The notes: generated by a model not told the origin, from the sequence alone. A DNA stretch of 64,000 nt from Planctomycetota bacterium (GCA_038231435.1 JBBRLJ010000027.1:1-64000); one strand, 5' to 3'; counted from the stretch's first letter, positions 1-9,534 are shown. Numbers and translations are program-made.

Positions 1-79
1 CGGGCTTTGCCGCGTTTGTTTTACGCCGCTCCGGCTAACCCCAACCGCGACAAAGCCCGCCCCATCGCGGAACGATGGG
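1..79. other. Two adjacent stem-loops (1-18 pairing with 42-59; 61-79)
   Basis: CGGGCTTTGCCGCGTTTG is the reverse complement of CAACCGCGACAAAGCCCG with 2 mismatches; CCCATCG-CGGAA-CGATGGG is a perfect 7-bp stem. Possibly cut by the window edge. Confidence 0.4.
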
Positions 80-185
80 GCCCCCGGTCAGGCCTGTCCC
101 ATCGGATACGGAGGCACAGCCGCCGCGACCGCCGAGTCCTGGCGCGTAGGTGGGGATGCGCAGACTCGGAGGACCAGGAAAACGC

Positions 186-1028
186 ATGCCCACGCACCGC
201 GCGCTCATCGATGACATCGCTTCTTGCGAGCCGGCGCACGGCTCGTGCGCGGTGTGGTGGCTCGGCCAGCATGGATTCGTGGTCAAGGGCGGCTCGACCG
301 TGCTGTACCTCGACGCATTCCTGACGCCGCTCGAGGGGCGGACGGTCGCGCCGCTCCTCGATCCGGCCGAGGTCACCAATGCCGACGTCATCTTCGGCAG
401 CCACGACCATGCCGACCACATCGACCGACCGGCGTGGCCGGCGATGGCCGCGGCTTCGCCGAAAGCGCTCTTCGCGGTACCGCGCCTGCTCATCTCGCGC
501 CTGACGCGCGAGCTCGGCATGGGCGAGAGCCGCTTCGTGGGCCTGGACGATCTCACCTCGGCCGAGACGCGCGGCGTGCGCCTGACCGGCATCGCCGCTG
601 CGCACGAATTCCTCGACCGCGATCCGGAAACCGGCGCATACCCGTACCTGGGCTGCGTGATCGAGTTCAACGGCGTGACGCTCTTCCACTCCGGCGACAG
701 CTGCGTGTACGAAGGCATGCAGTCGAAGCTCAAGACATGGTCGTTCGACGCCATGTTCCTGCCCATCAACGGCCGCTGTGCCAAGCGCCTGGCCGCGGGC
801 TGCATCGGCAACATGACCTATCAAGAGGCCGCCGATCTCGCGGGCTCGCTGGCGCCGGCGCTGACCGTGCCCGCGCATTGGGAGATGTTCACCATGAACA
901 GCATCGATCCGATCCTGTTCACCGACTACATGCGGGTGAAACATCCGTCGCTACCGGTGCACCTGCCTCGGCATGGCCAGCGTTTCGAGATCCAGGCCAG
1001 CGCGGCCACGCGAGTCGCGCGGGTCTGA
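186..1028 (+). CDS. MBL-fold metallo-hydrolase, UlaG/L-ascorbate-6-phosphate lactonase-like
   Basis: WLGQHGF, SHDHADH (HxHxDH), HSGD, LPING and PAHWEMF motifs; ATG at 186 preceded by GGAGG/AGGA. Confidence 0.85.
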   Translation: MPTHRALIDDIASCEPAHGSCAVWWLGQHGFVVKGGSTVLYLDAFLTPLEGRTVAPLLDPAEVTNADVIFGSHDHADHIDRPAWPAMAAASPKALFAVPRLLISRLTRELGMGESRFVGLDDLTSAETRGVRLTGIAAAHEFLDRDPETGAYPYLGCVIEFNGVTLFHSGDSCVYEGMQSKLKTWSFDAMFLPINGRCAKRLAAGCIGNMTYQEAADLAGSLAPALTVPAHWEMFTMNSIDPILFTDYMRVKHPSLPVHLPRHGQRFEIQASAATRVARV

Positions 1029-1267
1029 TCGGCCGCGCGACCGGCCTTCGTGGCTGGATGTCCGTGGCCTGTTGTCCGTGGTGAAGCCAAGAGCCACGGT
1101 CGCACGGCGCAGCACGAGAAAATAGGCAACTCCCTGGTCCTGCCGGGGGAAGCGAAGCGCAACCGCTTTCGAGCCGTTTTCCACCGCCGGAATCACAGCG
1201 TCTCAGTGAACGCCCAGAGCCGGGTGAACCGTCATCCCATCCGCGTTTCCGGCGCTATCATGATGGC

Positions 1268-2323
1268 GTGGGTCCACGCCTTTCTCTACGCATGCACCTA
1301 CGCATGCCCTCACGCATGCACCCAGCGAGCCCGCTCCTTGGCGCGGCCTGCCTGATCCTGTCCGTCGGATCGGCCGGAATCGCGGCAGGCGCCGAGACCG
1401 ACCAGCTGGCGCTGGCGATGCCGCAGTCGCAGGTCGACGTCGTCGGTCCGCCTCCGGCGGGGCTCCTCCCCGCAGCGCTCATCGATGGAGAGACCGGCCC
1501 CCCGGCTCCCGAGCTGCTGGCCTTTGCGACGCCAGGCGACGCCGTCCCCGCGTTGCATTTCCCTACCCCCGAGGAGCAGGCCGAGACCTTTGCGCCCTAC
1601 GCCGATCTCGAGATCGAAGGCCTACCAGTGATCCGCTTCCTGGTCAGGCACCAGGTGCTGCTGCTTACCGACGTGCGCCACGTCACCGCACTCCCGGGCG
1701 GCGGGTTCTCGGTGGCGAGCGATGCCATCGCCTGCGCGGCGCCGATCAGCGGCGACGGCTATCTGCTCACCGCCGCGCATGCCGTCCACGGTCCCGTCTA
1801 CGCCGTGATCGATGTCGACGGCCGGCCGACCCCCGCCCCGGTACGGGTCGTCTGGAGGGGCGATCAGGCTGCGGGATGCGATCTGGCCCTGATCAAGGTG
1901 GCGTGGCGGCCACCGGCCCCCTGCGCGTGGTCCACCCTGGCCGAGCTGGATGCCGGCACCGCGGTGCTCTCCGCCGGCGCCTACCTGGTCGATGACGAGG
2001 GCTCAGGCCAATGGTTCCGCCACGACCAGGGTGCCGGCGACATGCTCCGGTCACCGACCCACATCGATGGCCAAGCCGAGGCCGTCAACGGTTCCCCCGC
2101 TCAACCTCCATACGAAACCATCGTCGCGCGTCTGCTCGCCCATCCGGGGGACAGCGGTGGTCCGGTGATGACCACCCATGGCCGCCTCATCGGGGTGACC
2201 ATCGGACACCTGCTCGATTCCGCGGGCGTCTCCACCGGGCTGAGCGTCATCGCCCGCCCCGACGTACCGGCGATCGAGGCGATGATGGCCAAGGACCGGG
2301 CCGGGCACGGCGCGGAAGAATGA
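1268..2323 (+). CDS. Secreted trypsin-like (S1) serine protease
   Basis: LTAAH, DLALIK and GDSGGP catalytic-triad motifs; hydrophobic signal peptide. True start may be ATG 1292, 1304 or 1316. Confidence 0.85.
   Translation: MGPRLSLRMHLRMPSRMHPASPLLGAACLILSVGSAGIAAGAETDQLALAMPQSQVDVVGPPPAGLLPAALIDGETGPPAPELLAFATPGDAVPALHFPTPEEQAETFAPYADLEIEGLPVIRFLVRHQVLLLTDVRHVTALPGGGFSVASDAIACAAPISGDGYLLTAAHAVHGPVYAVIDVDGRPTPAPVRVVWRGDQAAGCDLALIKVAWRPPAPCAWSTLAELDAGTAVLSAGAYLVDDEGSGQWFRHDQGAGDMLRSPTHIDGQAEAVNGSPAQPPYETIVARLLAHPGDSGGPVMTTHGRLIGVTIGHLLDSAGVSTGLSVIARPDVPAIEAMMAKDRAGHGAEE
1286..1321. repeat. 3x12-bp imperfect tandem repeat (CTACGCATGCAC) at the protease start
   Basis: CTACGCATGCAC CTACGCATGCCC TCACGCATGCAC, encoding MHLR-MPSR-MHP. 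Confidence 0.75.
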
Positions 2324-2326
2324 CGG

Positions 2327-2746
2327 CTAGCAGCAGCCACTGCCGCTGAGGGCGGCGAGCTTCGCGAACGACGCGGCGAGATCGACGTAGCCATTCCAAT
2401 GGTTGGGCTTGACCACGTAGAGGCTGGCGCCGAGGCGGTAGCATTCCTCGATCTCGTGCTGCCGGCACGACGAGCTGAACACCACCACCGGCACACGCCG
2501 CGTGGGGCCCAGGCGTTCGAGCAGCGTCTTGCCGGATCCGCCCGACAGGTTGAGGTCGAGCAGCACCAGGTTGACCCCCGGCGCATCTGACCATTCGCCA
2601 TCGCGATCCATGAATTTCAGGGCTTTATCCACGGTCGAGACGGTGTGCAGGTTTACGCCCGGCCAGCACTGCTCGAAGGCCGACGAGAGCAGGGTGACAT
2701 CGCCCGGATTGTCTTCGATGAACAGCACGTTCGGGGGTGTGGCCAT
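2327..2746 (-). CDS. Single-domain response regulator (receiver only, Rcp1-like)
   Basis: LFIEDNPGD, LVLLDLNL (phospho-acceptor Asp), FSSS, YVVKP. Confidence 0.9.
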   Translation of the reverse strand: MATPPNVLFIEDNPGDVTLLSSAFEQCWPGVNLHTVSTVDKALKFMDRDGEWSDAPGVNLVLLDLNLSGGSGKTLLERLGPTRRVPVVVFSSSCRQHEIEECYRLGASLYVVKPNHWNGYVDLAASFAKLAALSGSGCC

Positions 2747-2881
2747 GGGTGCCTCGGGGTGGTGATGCCGCCACCATCCGCTTCGGCGGCTTGCGACTCA
2801 ACCGCATCGCTCCGAGGTCTCTACAGGAGCCCGTCGTCCCGATGTTGCAGGGATGGGCATTCGTGGGGTATGCTGACTCCC

Positions 2882-2962
2882 ATGAATCCCGAAGGCTTCG
2901 TCATCCCCATCGCATTCGCCGCCCTGTGCGGCCTGATGTGGTGGATGTCCCGTACCGCCTGA
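2882..2962 (+). CDS. Putative 26-aa single-TM small protein
   Basis: MNPEGFVIPIAFAALCGLMWWMSRTA, with GC-rich third positions, in an intergenic gap. Confidence 0.35.
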   Translation: MNPEGFVIPIAFAALCGLMWWMSRTA

Positions 2963-2985
2963 AACCTGGCCGTCTGACCGATCCG

Positions 2986-4113
2986 CTAGGCGGGTCGCTC
3001 TGAGGCCGCCTGGCGACGCGTGAACGGATACAGGAACTGGCGCAGGATGCCCTTCGGCAGGCGCTCGGGTCCGATGCCATACGACGCCGGCCACTCCCGC
3101 GGCTGGAAATAGCTGCCGAACAGCTTGTCGAGCACCGGCAGGTGCACCGCGAAATTGGTGTTGGCGGCGCGCGCGTCGTCCGAGTGGTGCCAATGGTGGA
3201 AGGCCGGCGTCACCAGCAGGTAGCGCAGCGGCCCGAAGGTGAAGCGCACATTGCCGTGGACGAAGATGGCGTGGAGCCCGATATAGACGACGTAGAACTG
3301 GATCGCCAGCTGCGAGAAACCGAGCACGAATATCGGCGCCAGCACGCAGGTGCGGGTGATCAGCACCTCGCCCAGGTGCAGCCGCGAGCTCGCCAGCCAA
3401 TCCATCGACTCGCTGCTGTGGTGGACGGCATGGATGCGCCAGAGGAACGGCACGGTGTGCATCAGGCGGTGCGAGGCGTACTGCGCGAGGTCGGCGATCA
3501 GCACGATCAGCGGGAACTGGATCCAGATCGGCAGGGATGACACCGCCGCCTGCACCCGAGCGTTGATCGACCACGCGAACAGATGGCTCACCGCGCCGGT
3601 CGAGACGATCAGGATCAGCGACACCAGCAGGTGCACGACCGCGAAGTACTGCATGTCGAGTCGCCATTCGCCGCGCAGGATCGCCTGCTCGCGCCTGAGC
3701 GCGAACAACCGCTCGAGCGGGATGAAGATCAGCGCCGAGGCGATGAGATCGAGGATGAACCAGTCGAGCCCGATCGGCAGCACGCTGAAGGCGTTGCTGC
3801 CGTCCGACGTGGAGGTCGCGCCGCCCAGGACCAGCGCCAGCGTCGCCGCGCCCATGCCGATGTAGCCGAGCTCGCGCCAGCGGCCGAGGAGGAAATTCAC
3901 CAAGCCCAGCGCGAGCGCCAGGATCAGGCCGACCCCGAGGGCGATGCGCATGATCCCGGGGTCGTATTGGCGGTGCAGATCGGGGAAGGTCAGCAGCGTA
4001 GGGAAGTGGAAGCACAGCACGGCCAGCAATCCGAGCACGCCAAGGGCCGCGGAGAGGAAGCCGCTGATCTGGCCTTCGCCCCAACGGAAGGTGTAGGTAT
4101 CAGGCAATGCCAT
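2986..4113 (-). CDS. Sterol desaturase / fatty acid hydroxylase family membrane protein
   Basis: His boxes HRLMH, HAVHH, HGN and HHWHH; DKLFGS; several TM helices. Confidence 0.9.
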   Translation of the reverse strand: MALPDTYTFRWGEGQISGFLSAALGVLGLLAVLCFHFPTLLTFPDLHRQYDPGIMRIALGVGLILALALGLVNFLLGRWRELGYIGMGAATLALVLGGATSTSDGSNAFSVLPIGLDWFILDLIASALIFIPLERLFALRREQAILRGEWRLDMQYFAVVHLLVSLILIVSTGAVSHLFAWSINARVQAAVSSLPIWIQFPLIVLIADLAQYASHRLMHTVPFLWRIHAVHHSSESMDWLASSRLHLGEVLITRTCVLAPIFVLGFSQLAIQFYVVYIGLHAIFVHGNVRFTFGPLRYLLVTPAFHHWHHSDDARAANTNFAVHLPVLDKLFGSYFQPREWPASYGIGPERLPKGILRQFLYPFTRRQAASERPA

Positions 4114-4196
4114 GGCGCAGACGATAACCGGCAGTCCGCCCCAGGCCAGCCGACTCCCGCTGACGCTGCGCCGAGCGAGGCAGCGCCGCTGGACAG

Positions 4197-5930
4197 ATGG
4201 GCTCGATGACGAAGCTCGCGACCGAGGGACATGCCATGGACGTCGGAACCTTCACCAGCCCTGGCCCCGGATCATGGGAGCTAGAAACCACCCACGTCAG
4301 CCGGCCGATGAGCCGCTGGCTGGCCGCCTTCTTCCCGATCCACTTCACCAAGGGATTCAAGGCCGGGACCAAGCACTACGGGCTGCTGCTCGACACCATC
4401 GAGGTGACCATCATCAACGGCTTCATGTACACCTGCCATCGTCCGGTCGGCGCCCCGAAGGGCGCGAAGGGCCCGCCCCCCAGGCTCGTGTTCAAGCTGC
4501 TGCTGCTCGTGCATCCCGAGATCCGCAGGCGGCTGAAGACCGTGCGCACGGTGTTCAAGGCCAAGGCCTGGCGTGAGGACATCAGGAGCTGGGATCAGGA
4601 GTGGAAGCCGACGATCGCGCGGACGAACACCGCGCTGCAAGTCGCGGATCCCCTGGCGCTCGGCGATACCGAGCTGGTGGCACACCTCTCGGCCTGCCGC
4701 CAAGCGGTGGCCGAAGGTCTCGAGATGCACCACCGGCTGAACCCCTGCTTCATGATTCCGGTCGGCGACTACCTGGCGCAGGCCGGCGCGTGGACCGGAC
4801 TCTCGCCAGGAGTGCTGCTCGGCCCGATGCGCGGATCGACGAAGGTGTCGCTCGGCGCGGCGCATGAGCTCGAGCGCGCGTCCGCGGCGATCCGCGCCGA
4901 TGCCATCGCTGCCACGCTGCTGGCGTCGTCAGCGCCACTCGGCGAGATCCTCACGAAACTGTGCGCGCTGCCGGGGGACAGCGGCCTTGCGCTCAAGGCG
5001 TACCTCGACATCGCCGGGATGCGCACCATCACCGGCTACGACGTCTCCGACCGCACCGCGATGGAGATGCCCGAGATCCTGGTCGGGGCGCTGCGTTCAT
5101 CATTGGACGCGCCGCCCGCGACCACCCACGACGCGGACCACGGGGTCACCGCGATCCGCGCGCGCGTGCCCGAGCCCCAACGCGCGGCCTTCGACGATCT
5201 CCTCGCCGAGGCGCGCCTGGCGTTCCGCATCCGCGACGAGCGCTGCTATCTCAACGACGCATGGTCGACCGCGCTCGCGCGCCGGGCGGTGCTCGCGGCC
5301 GGAAGCCGGCTGGCCCAGCGCGGCGCGCTGCTCGCCGCCGAGCACGCCGTCGACGTCGAGCCCGACGAACTGATCGCGCTGCTGTCGGGCAAGCCCGGAC
5401 CGTCGGCCCAGGAGGCAGCCGCCCGCTCGGCCCGGCGCACCACCCTGACGGTCGCCGATGCCCCAGCCGTGATCGGACCGCCCCCTTCCGGTCCACCGCC
5501 AGACGCATGGCTGCCCGCCGAGGCCGGGCGCGCGATGCGCGCCATCGCCGCGGTGATCACCGCGATGTTCGAGATCGCCAAGGCCGATCCCGCAGCCAAG
5601 CCGGGCGGCACGACGCTGCACGGGCTGGCCGCCAGCACCGCCAGCTATGAGGGCATAGCCCGCCTGGTACTCGAGCCGGCGGATTTCGCGCGCGTGCGCA
5701 AGGGCGACATCCTGGTCGCGCGCAATACCGCGCCGTCCTACAATGTGCTGCTGCCCCTGCTCGGTGGCATCGTCACCGATCGCGGTGGGCTGCTGTCGCA
5801 CGCGGCGATCGTCGCACGCGAATACGGACTGGCAGCAGTGGTCGGCTGCGGGAACGGCACCAAGACGATCAAGGACGGCGCTCGCATCCGCATCGACGGC
5901 GCGACCGGAAGCGTGGAGATCCTCGCCTGA
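4197..5930 (+). CDS. PEP-utilising enzyme: substrate-binding region plus C-terminal phosphohistidine swivel domain (RPH/PEP-synthase-like, lacking ATP-grasp)
   Basis: C-terminal GDILVA...GGIVTDRGGLLSHAAIVAREYG...IDGATG. Start may be 4206 or 4236. Confidence 0.85.
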   Translation: MGSMTKLATEGHAMDVGTFTSPGPGSWELETTHVSRPMSRWLAAFFPIHFTKGFKAGTKHYGLLLDTIEVTIINGFMYTCHRPVGAPKGAKGPPPRLVFKLLLLVHPEIRRRLKTVRTVFKAKAWREDIRSWDQEWKPTIARTNTALQVADPLALGDTELVAHLSACRQAVAEGLEMHHRLNPCFMIPVGDYLAQAGAWTGLSPGVLLGPMRGSTKVSLGAAHELERASAAIRADAIAATLLASSAPLGEILTKLCALPGDSGLALKAYLDIAGMRTITGYDVSDRTAMEMPEILVGALRSSLDAPPATTHDADHGVTAIRARVPEPQRAAFDDLLAEARLAFRIRDERCYLNDAWSTALARRAVLAAGSRLAQRGALLAAEHAVDVEPDELIALLSGKPGPSAQEAAARSARRTTLTVADAPAVIGPPPSGPPPDAWLPAEAGRAMRAIAAVITAMFEIAKADPAAKPGGTTLHGLAASTASYEGIARLVLEPADFARVRKGDILVARNTAPSYNVLLPLLGGIVTDRGGLLSHAAIVAREYGLAAVVGCGNGTKTIKDGARIRIDGATGSVEILA

Positions 5931-6001
5931 ACGACACGGCCTCCACGCACGGAGCGCCTGGATCGGCGCGGGACCATCCATCGGCGAACGGCATCGCTCC
6001 G

Positions 6002-6799
6002 TTGCGCGCGGCGCAGGACGCCGCGCGCTTCGGCGGCAAGGCCGCGTCGCTCGCGGCCGCCATGGCCGCCGGGATCGCCGTGCCGGACGGCTTCGCCCTG
6101 TCTCCGGAAGCGGTCGATGCGGTGGTGCGCGGCGACGCCTCCACCCTCGCCGCGCTCGCGCGCGCGATCTTCGGCGGACCCACTGCGGTGCGGTCGTCGG
6201 CGATCGGCGAAGACTCGGCCGAAGCGAGCTTCGCCGGTCAGCACGCGACCAAGCTCAACGCCACCACGAGTGAGGAGATCGTCGCGGCGATCCACGAGGT
6301 GTGGGCGTCGGGCCGAACGGAAGCCGCGCTCGGCTACCGCGCGCGCATGGGCATCGGCGGCGAGCCGCGTGTCGCGGTGGTGGTGCAGGCGATGATCGAC
6401 CCTGATTGCGCGGGCGTGCTCTTCACCCGCAATCCCATCGACGGCGCCGACGAGCGGGTGATCGAGGCGGCCTGGGGCCTGGGCGAAGCGGTGGTCGCCG
6501 GACTGGTCACTCCCGACAGCTTCCGCGTCTCGCGCGCGGGCCTGGTCCTGGCGCGCCGCGCCGGCCACAAGGATATCGCCATCCGTCCGAATCCCCGCGG
6601 CGGAACAGACGAGGTCGCGGTCGACCTCCAGCGCGCCGCAGCGCTGTGTCTCGACGATCGCCAGCTCGCGCGGCTCAACGACCTCGCCACGCGCTGCGAG
6701 ACGCGCTTCCTCACGGTCGCGGGTGGAGCGCTGGATATCGAATGGGCCTTCGCTCGGGGTGAGCTGCACCTGCTGCAGAGCCGCGCCGTCACCGCCTGA
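6002..6799 (+). CDS. PEP/pyruvate-binding ATP-grasp domain protein (PPDK_N-like)
   Basis: GGKAASL, VPDGF, AVRSSAIGEDS, SFAGQH, VVVQAM, GVLFT, WGLGEAVVAG, DIEWA, LLQSR. Start uncertain (TTG 6002 or CTG 5927). Confidence 0.88.
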   Translation: MRAAQDAARFGGKAASLAAAMAAGIAVPDGFALSPEAVDAVVRGDASTLAALARAIFGGPTAVRSSAIGEDSAEASFAGQHATKLNATTSEEIVAAIHEVWASGRTEAALGYRARMGIGGEPRVAVVVQAMIDPDCAGVLFTRNPIDGADERVIEAAWGLGEAVVAGLVTPDSFRVSRAGLVLARRAGHKDIAIRPNPRGGTDEVAVDLQRAAALCLDDRQLARLNDLATRCETRFLTVAGGALDIEWAFARGELHLLQSRAVTA

Positions 6800-6801
6800 C
6801 G

Positions 6802-8226
6802 ATGAGCACCATGGACGCGTCAACCAACGGAATTCCGACGCCAACGATGACCAGGCCGTTGTTCCTGGCCCTGCTCGCGGCGGCCGTGCTCTCGCCGCTG
6901 AACTCGACGATGATCGCGGTGGTCATGCCGAGCATCTGCCACGATTTCGCGATCGATGCGGGCTCGGCCACCGTGTGGCTCGTCACCTCGTACCTGCTGG
7001 TGTCGATCGTCTGCCTCGCTCCCGCGGGCTGGCTCGGCGATCTGATCGGACACGGTCGCGTGCTTGCGGCGGGCCAGCTGGTGCTCGCGCTCGGCACCAC
7101 CCTGGCCCTGTTCTCGCCGAACATCGCCAGCCTTGGCCTGGCGCGGGTGCTGATGGCCGCGGGCGGCGCGCTGGTGATCCCCACCTCGATGGCGCTGATG
7201 CGGCTGCTGATCGCCCCCGATCGACTCATCCGGGCGTTCAGCGTCTTCGGTGCGTGCATGGCTGGCGCGGCAGCGGCGGGGCCGCTGTTCGGCGGCCTGA
7301 TCGGAGCGCATCTCGGCTGGCACGCGGTGTTCGCCATGAATGCCCCCCTGCTGCTGACGTCGTTCCTGCTGGGGCAGCGCGCCTTCCGCGTCCATCGTTC
7401 GGCCGCCTCAGGCCCACGCCGATCGTTCGACGTCATCGGCTGCGCGATGCTCGCCGGCGCGCTGTCGCTGGTGGTGATCGGCGTGAAGGGCGCGGACGAT
7501 CTTCGCGTGACCACGCTCGGGGCCGCCTTGATCACGGCCATCGCCTTCGTGGTGCGTGAGCACCGGGCCGCCGATCCGATCCTGCATCCCGGCCTGTTCC
7601 GCATCCGCACCTTCAGCGTCGGCTCGCTGATCGTCGCGCTGCAGAACTTCTCGATGTACACCATCCTCTTCGAGCTGCCGCAGATCTTTCCCGGTGATTC
7701 CGGGTCCCATGCTGCAGGAGACCGTGCGACGGGGGTGAGCCCGCACGTCGGCCTCGCCTTGGCGGCGCTGACCGGCGCGATGATGGCGTGCGCGCCGCTC
7801 GGCAGCCGGCTGGCTGAGCGGGTCGGCGCGCGCGGCGCGGTGGTGCTCGGAGCGCTGCTCGCCACCGTCGGCACCATGCCGCTGCTCGACGCGGCGGCGG
7901 TGTCGCCCATAGCCGCGATCCCATGGCTGCTGGTGATCGGAGGCGGCCTGGGCCTGTCGGTGGGCCCGTCGCAGGCATCGGCGTTGGCGGCGGTGGACCG
8001 CTCGCGCAGCGGCATGGCCTCGGGCGCCATGAACATCGCTCGCTATCTCGGGGCCCTGTGCGGAACGGCGCTCCTCGGCGTGCTGCTGCGCGCCGCGCCC
8101 GCTGGCGGCGAGCACGCCAACGAACGCATCGGCTTCATCTGCTTCGCCGCGGCCTTCGCGATGTCGTTGCTGATGGGATTGGCGCTGCCGGGACGAAAAC
8201 CGGCAAGCTTCGTCCAGAACGCCTGA
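6802..8226 (+). CDS. MFS transporter, DHA2/EmrB-like drug exporter
   Basis: LNSTMIAV, GWLGDLIGHGR (motif A), GPLFGG; about 14 TM segments. Confidence 0.88.
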   Translation: MSTMDASTNGIPTPTMTRPLFLALLAAAVLSPLNSTMIAVVMPSICHDFAIDAGSATVWLVTSYLLVSIVCLAPAGWLGDLIGHGRVLAAGQLVLALGTTLALFSPNIASLGLARVLMAAGGALVIPTSMALMRLLIAPDRLIRAFSVFGACMAGAAAAGPLFGGLIGAHLGWHAVFAMNAPLLLTSFLLGQRAFRVHRSAASGPRRSFDVIGCAMLAGALSLVVIGVKGADDLRVTTLGAALITAIAFVVREHRAADPILHPGLFRIRTFSVGSLIVALQNFSMYTILFELPQIFPGDSGSHAAGDRATGVSPHVGLALAALTGAMMACAPLGSRLAERVGARGAVVLGALLATVGTMPLLDAAAVSPIAAIPWLLVIGGGLGLSVGPSQASALAAVDRSRSGMASGAMNIARYLGALCGTALLGVLLRAAPAGGEHANERIGFICFAAAFAMSLLMGLALPGRKPASFVQNA

Positions 8227-8238
8227 CGGATGCCGTGC

Positions 8239-9390
8239 TCAGCGCTTGCTCGCGGGCGGACGCGGGTCGAGGACTTCGCTCGCCGGCTTGTCGGTGCGCA
8301 GGCCGACGAAGCGTGGATGGCGCACGTTGCCGTCGTGGGTCCATTCGTTGAATTCGACTTCGACGATCAGCGTGGGCTCTGAGAAAACCGCGACCCGCGG
8401 GAGCTTCGCTCCGCTGAACGGATTCGCGCGCACCGCGGTGCCATCGAGCAGCTCCTTGAAGGCGCGACGCTGCTTGTTGGTGAATCCGGTACCGACGTTG
8501 CCGGCGTGAATCAGCTCCAGCTGAGCCGAGCCATTGCGCTCTTCCTTCGACATGCCTCTCGGCGTACGACCCCTGGACCCCCGCGCCCCGGAACGGCGCT
8601 CTCCGGAACTGCGCTCTCCGGAACTGCTATAGAAGCCGAGCAGCAGCGAGCCCATCGAACCTTCGTTCGCTCCGCCGCCAGGCACATATCCGCCGACCAC
8701 GAATTCCTCGCGCTTGATCAGCTTCACCTTGATCCAATCGTTCGAGCGTTCACCCGGACGATACCGGCTGTCGCGGCGCTTGGCGATGAGGCCTTCGAGC
8801 CCCTGGCGTTTCGCGATCGCGAGCATGCGCTTGCCGCCTCCTAGCTGGTGCGGCGGCGTCCGCCAGGCATCGCTCGATAGGCCGAGCTCGAGCAACCGTT
8901 CTCGACGTTCAAGGTACGGGCAATCGATCAGGGACTTTCCGCCGATCTGCAGTGCATCGAATAGGAAATAGACGATTGGTGGACGCGTGGCGGAGGTGCC
9001 GCGCGTCTGCATCGCGCTGAACGAGGGCCGCCCGAGCGCGTCGAGCGCGCAGATCTCACCGTCGAGGATCGCTGCCGAAGGGAGATCCCGTCCCAGTTCG
9101 GCGAGTTCCGGAAATCGACCCAGCAGATCGAGGTCGTTGCGACTCCTGAGGGTGAGCTCGCGCCCGTCCCACGAGGCCAAGGCGCGGAATCCATCCCACT
9201 TGAACTCGTAGGCGTAGGCGCCGTCATCGGCGGGCAGCGCCCCCGGCACGGCATTCATCGGGCTCAGCCCTCGTAGCAGCCTCGCTGGGTTATTCCCTCC
9301 CTCTGAAATTGTTCTGCCGCGGCGAGCCGTGGGACTGCCGCGGCGAGCCGTGAGAACCGAGCGCGACACCTGATTCGGCTTCAGCGTCAC
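8239..9390 (-). CDS. ATP-dependent DNA ligase (LigD ligase domain / LigC-like, stand-alone)
   Basis: EFKWDGFR (adenylated Lys), LDGEI, FDAL, EGLIAKR, WIKVK, VGTGF, RHPRFVGLRTDK. No polymerase or phosphoesterase domain. Start uncertain. Confidence 0.9.
   Translation of the reverse strand: MTLKPNQVSRSVLTARRGSPTARRGRTISEGGNNPARLLRGLSPMNAVPGALPADDGAYAYEFKWDGFRALASWDGRELTLRSRNDLDLLGRFPELAELGRDLPSAAILDGEICALDALGRPSFSAMQTRGTSATRPPIVYFLFDALQIGGKSLIDCPYLERRERLLELGLSSDAWRTPPHQLGGGKRMLAIAKRQGLEGLIAKRRDSRYRPGERSNDWIKVKLIKREEFVVGGYVPGGGANEGSMGSLLLGFYSSSGERSSGERRSGARGSRGRTPRGMSKEERNGSAQLELIHAGNVGTGFTNKQRRAFKELLDGTAVRANPFSGAKLPRVAVFSEPTLIVEVEFNEWTHDGNVRHPRFVGLRTDKPASEVLDPRPPASKR
9314..9352. repeat. 18-bp direct repeat with 21-bp period
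   Basis: CTGCCGCGGCGAGCCGTG at 9314-9331 and 9335-9352. Confidence 0.85.
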
Positions 9391-9396
9391 CAGAAC

Positions 9397-9534
9397 TCAC
9401 CAGCGCATCCTGTTCTTCGTCTGCGGGAACGGCTGGCTGGCATGACGCCGTTCTTCCTTGGCGCGGTGGCGACGCCATAGCTTCTCACCTACCCAGAAGA
9501 GCAGCAGGTCGCGAATGGGATGACGTGGGCGCAT
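9397..9534 (-). CDS. Putative 45-aa basic small protein upstream of the ligase (absent from the ORF track)
   Basis: AGGAG 6 nt before ATG; MRPRHPIRDLLLFWVGEKLWRRHRAKEERRHASQPFPQTKNRMRW*; stop lies 6 nt before the ligase GTG. Confidence 0.5.
   Translation of the reverse strand: MRPRHPIRDLLLFWVGEKLWRRHRAKEERRHASQPFPQTKNRMRW

Noticed and set aside
80..135. SRP RNA-like GGTCAGG...CAGC segment
   Set aside because: Lacks the conserved CCGGAAGGAAGCAGC loop and spacing.
4197..6799. Assigning rph or ppsA gene symbols
   Set aside because: Domains are split and reordered, there is no PEP-synthase C-terminal TIM barrel, and rifamycin specificity cannot be shown from sequence.
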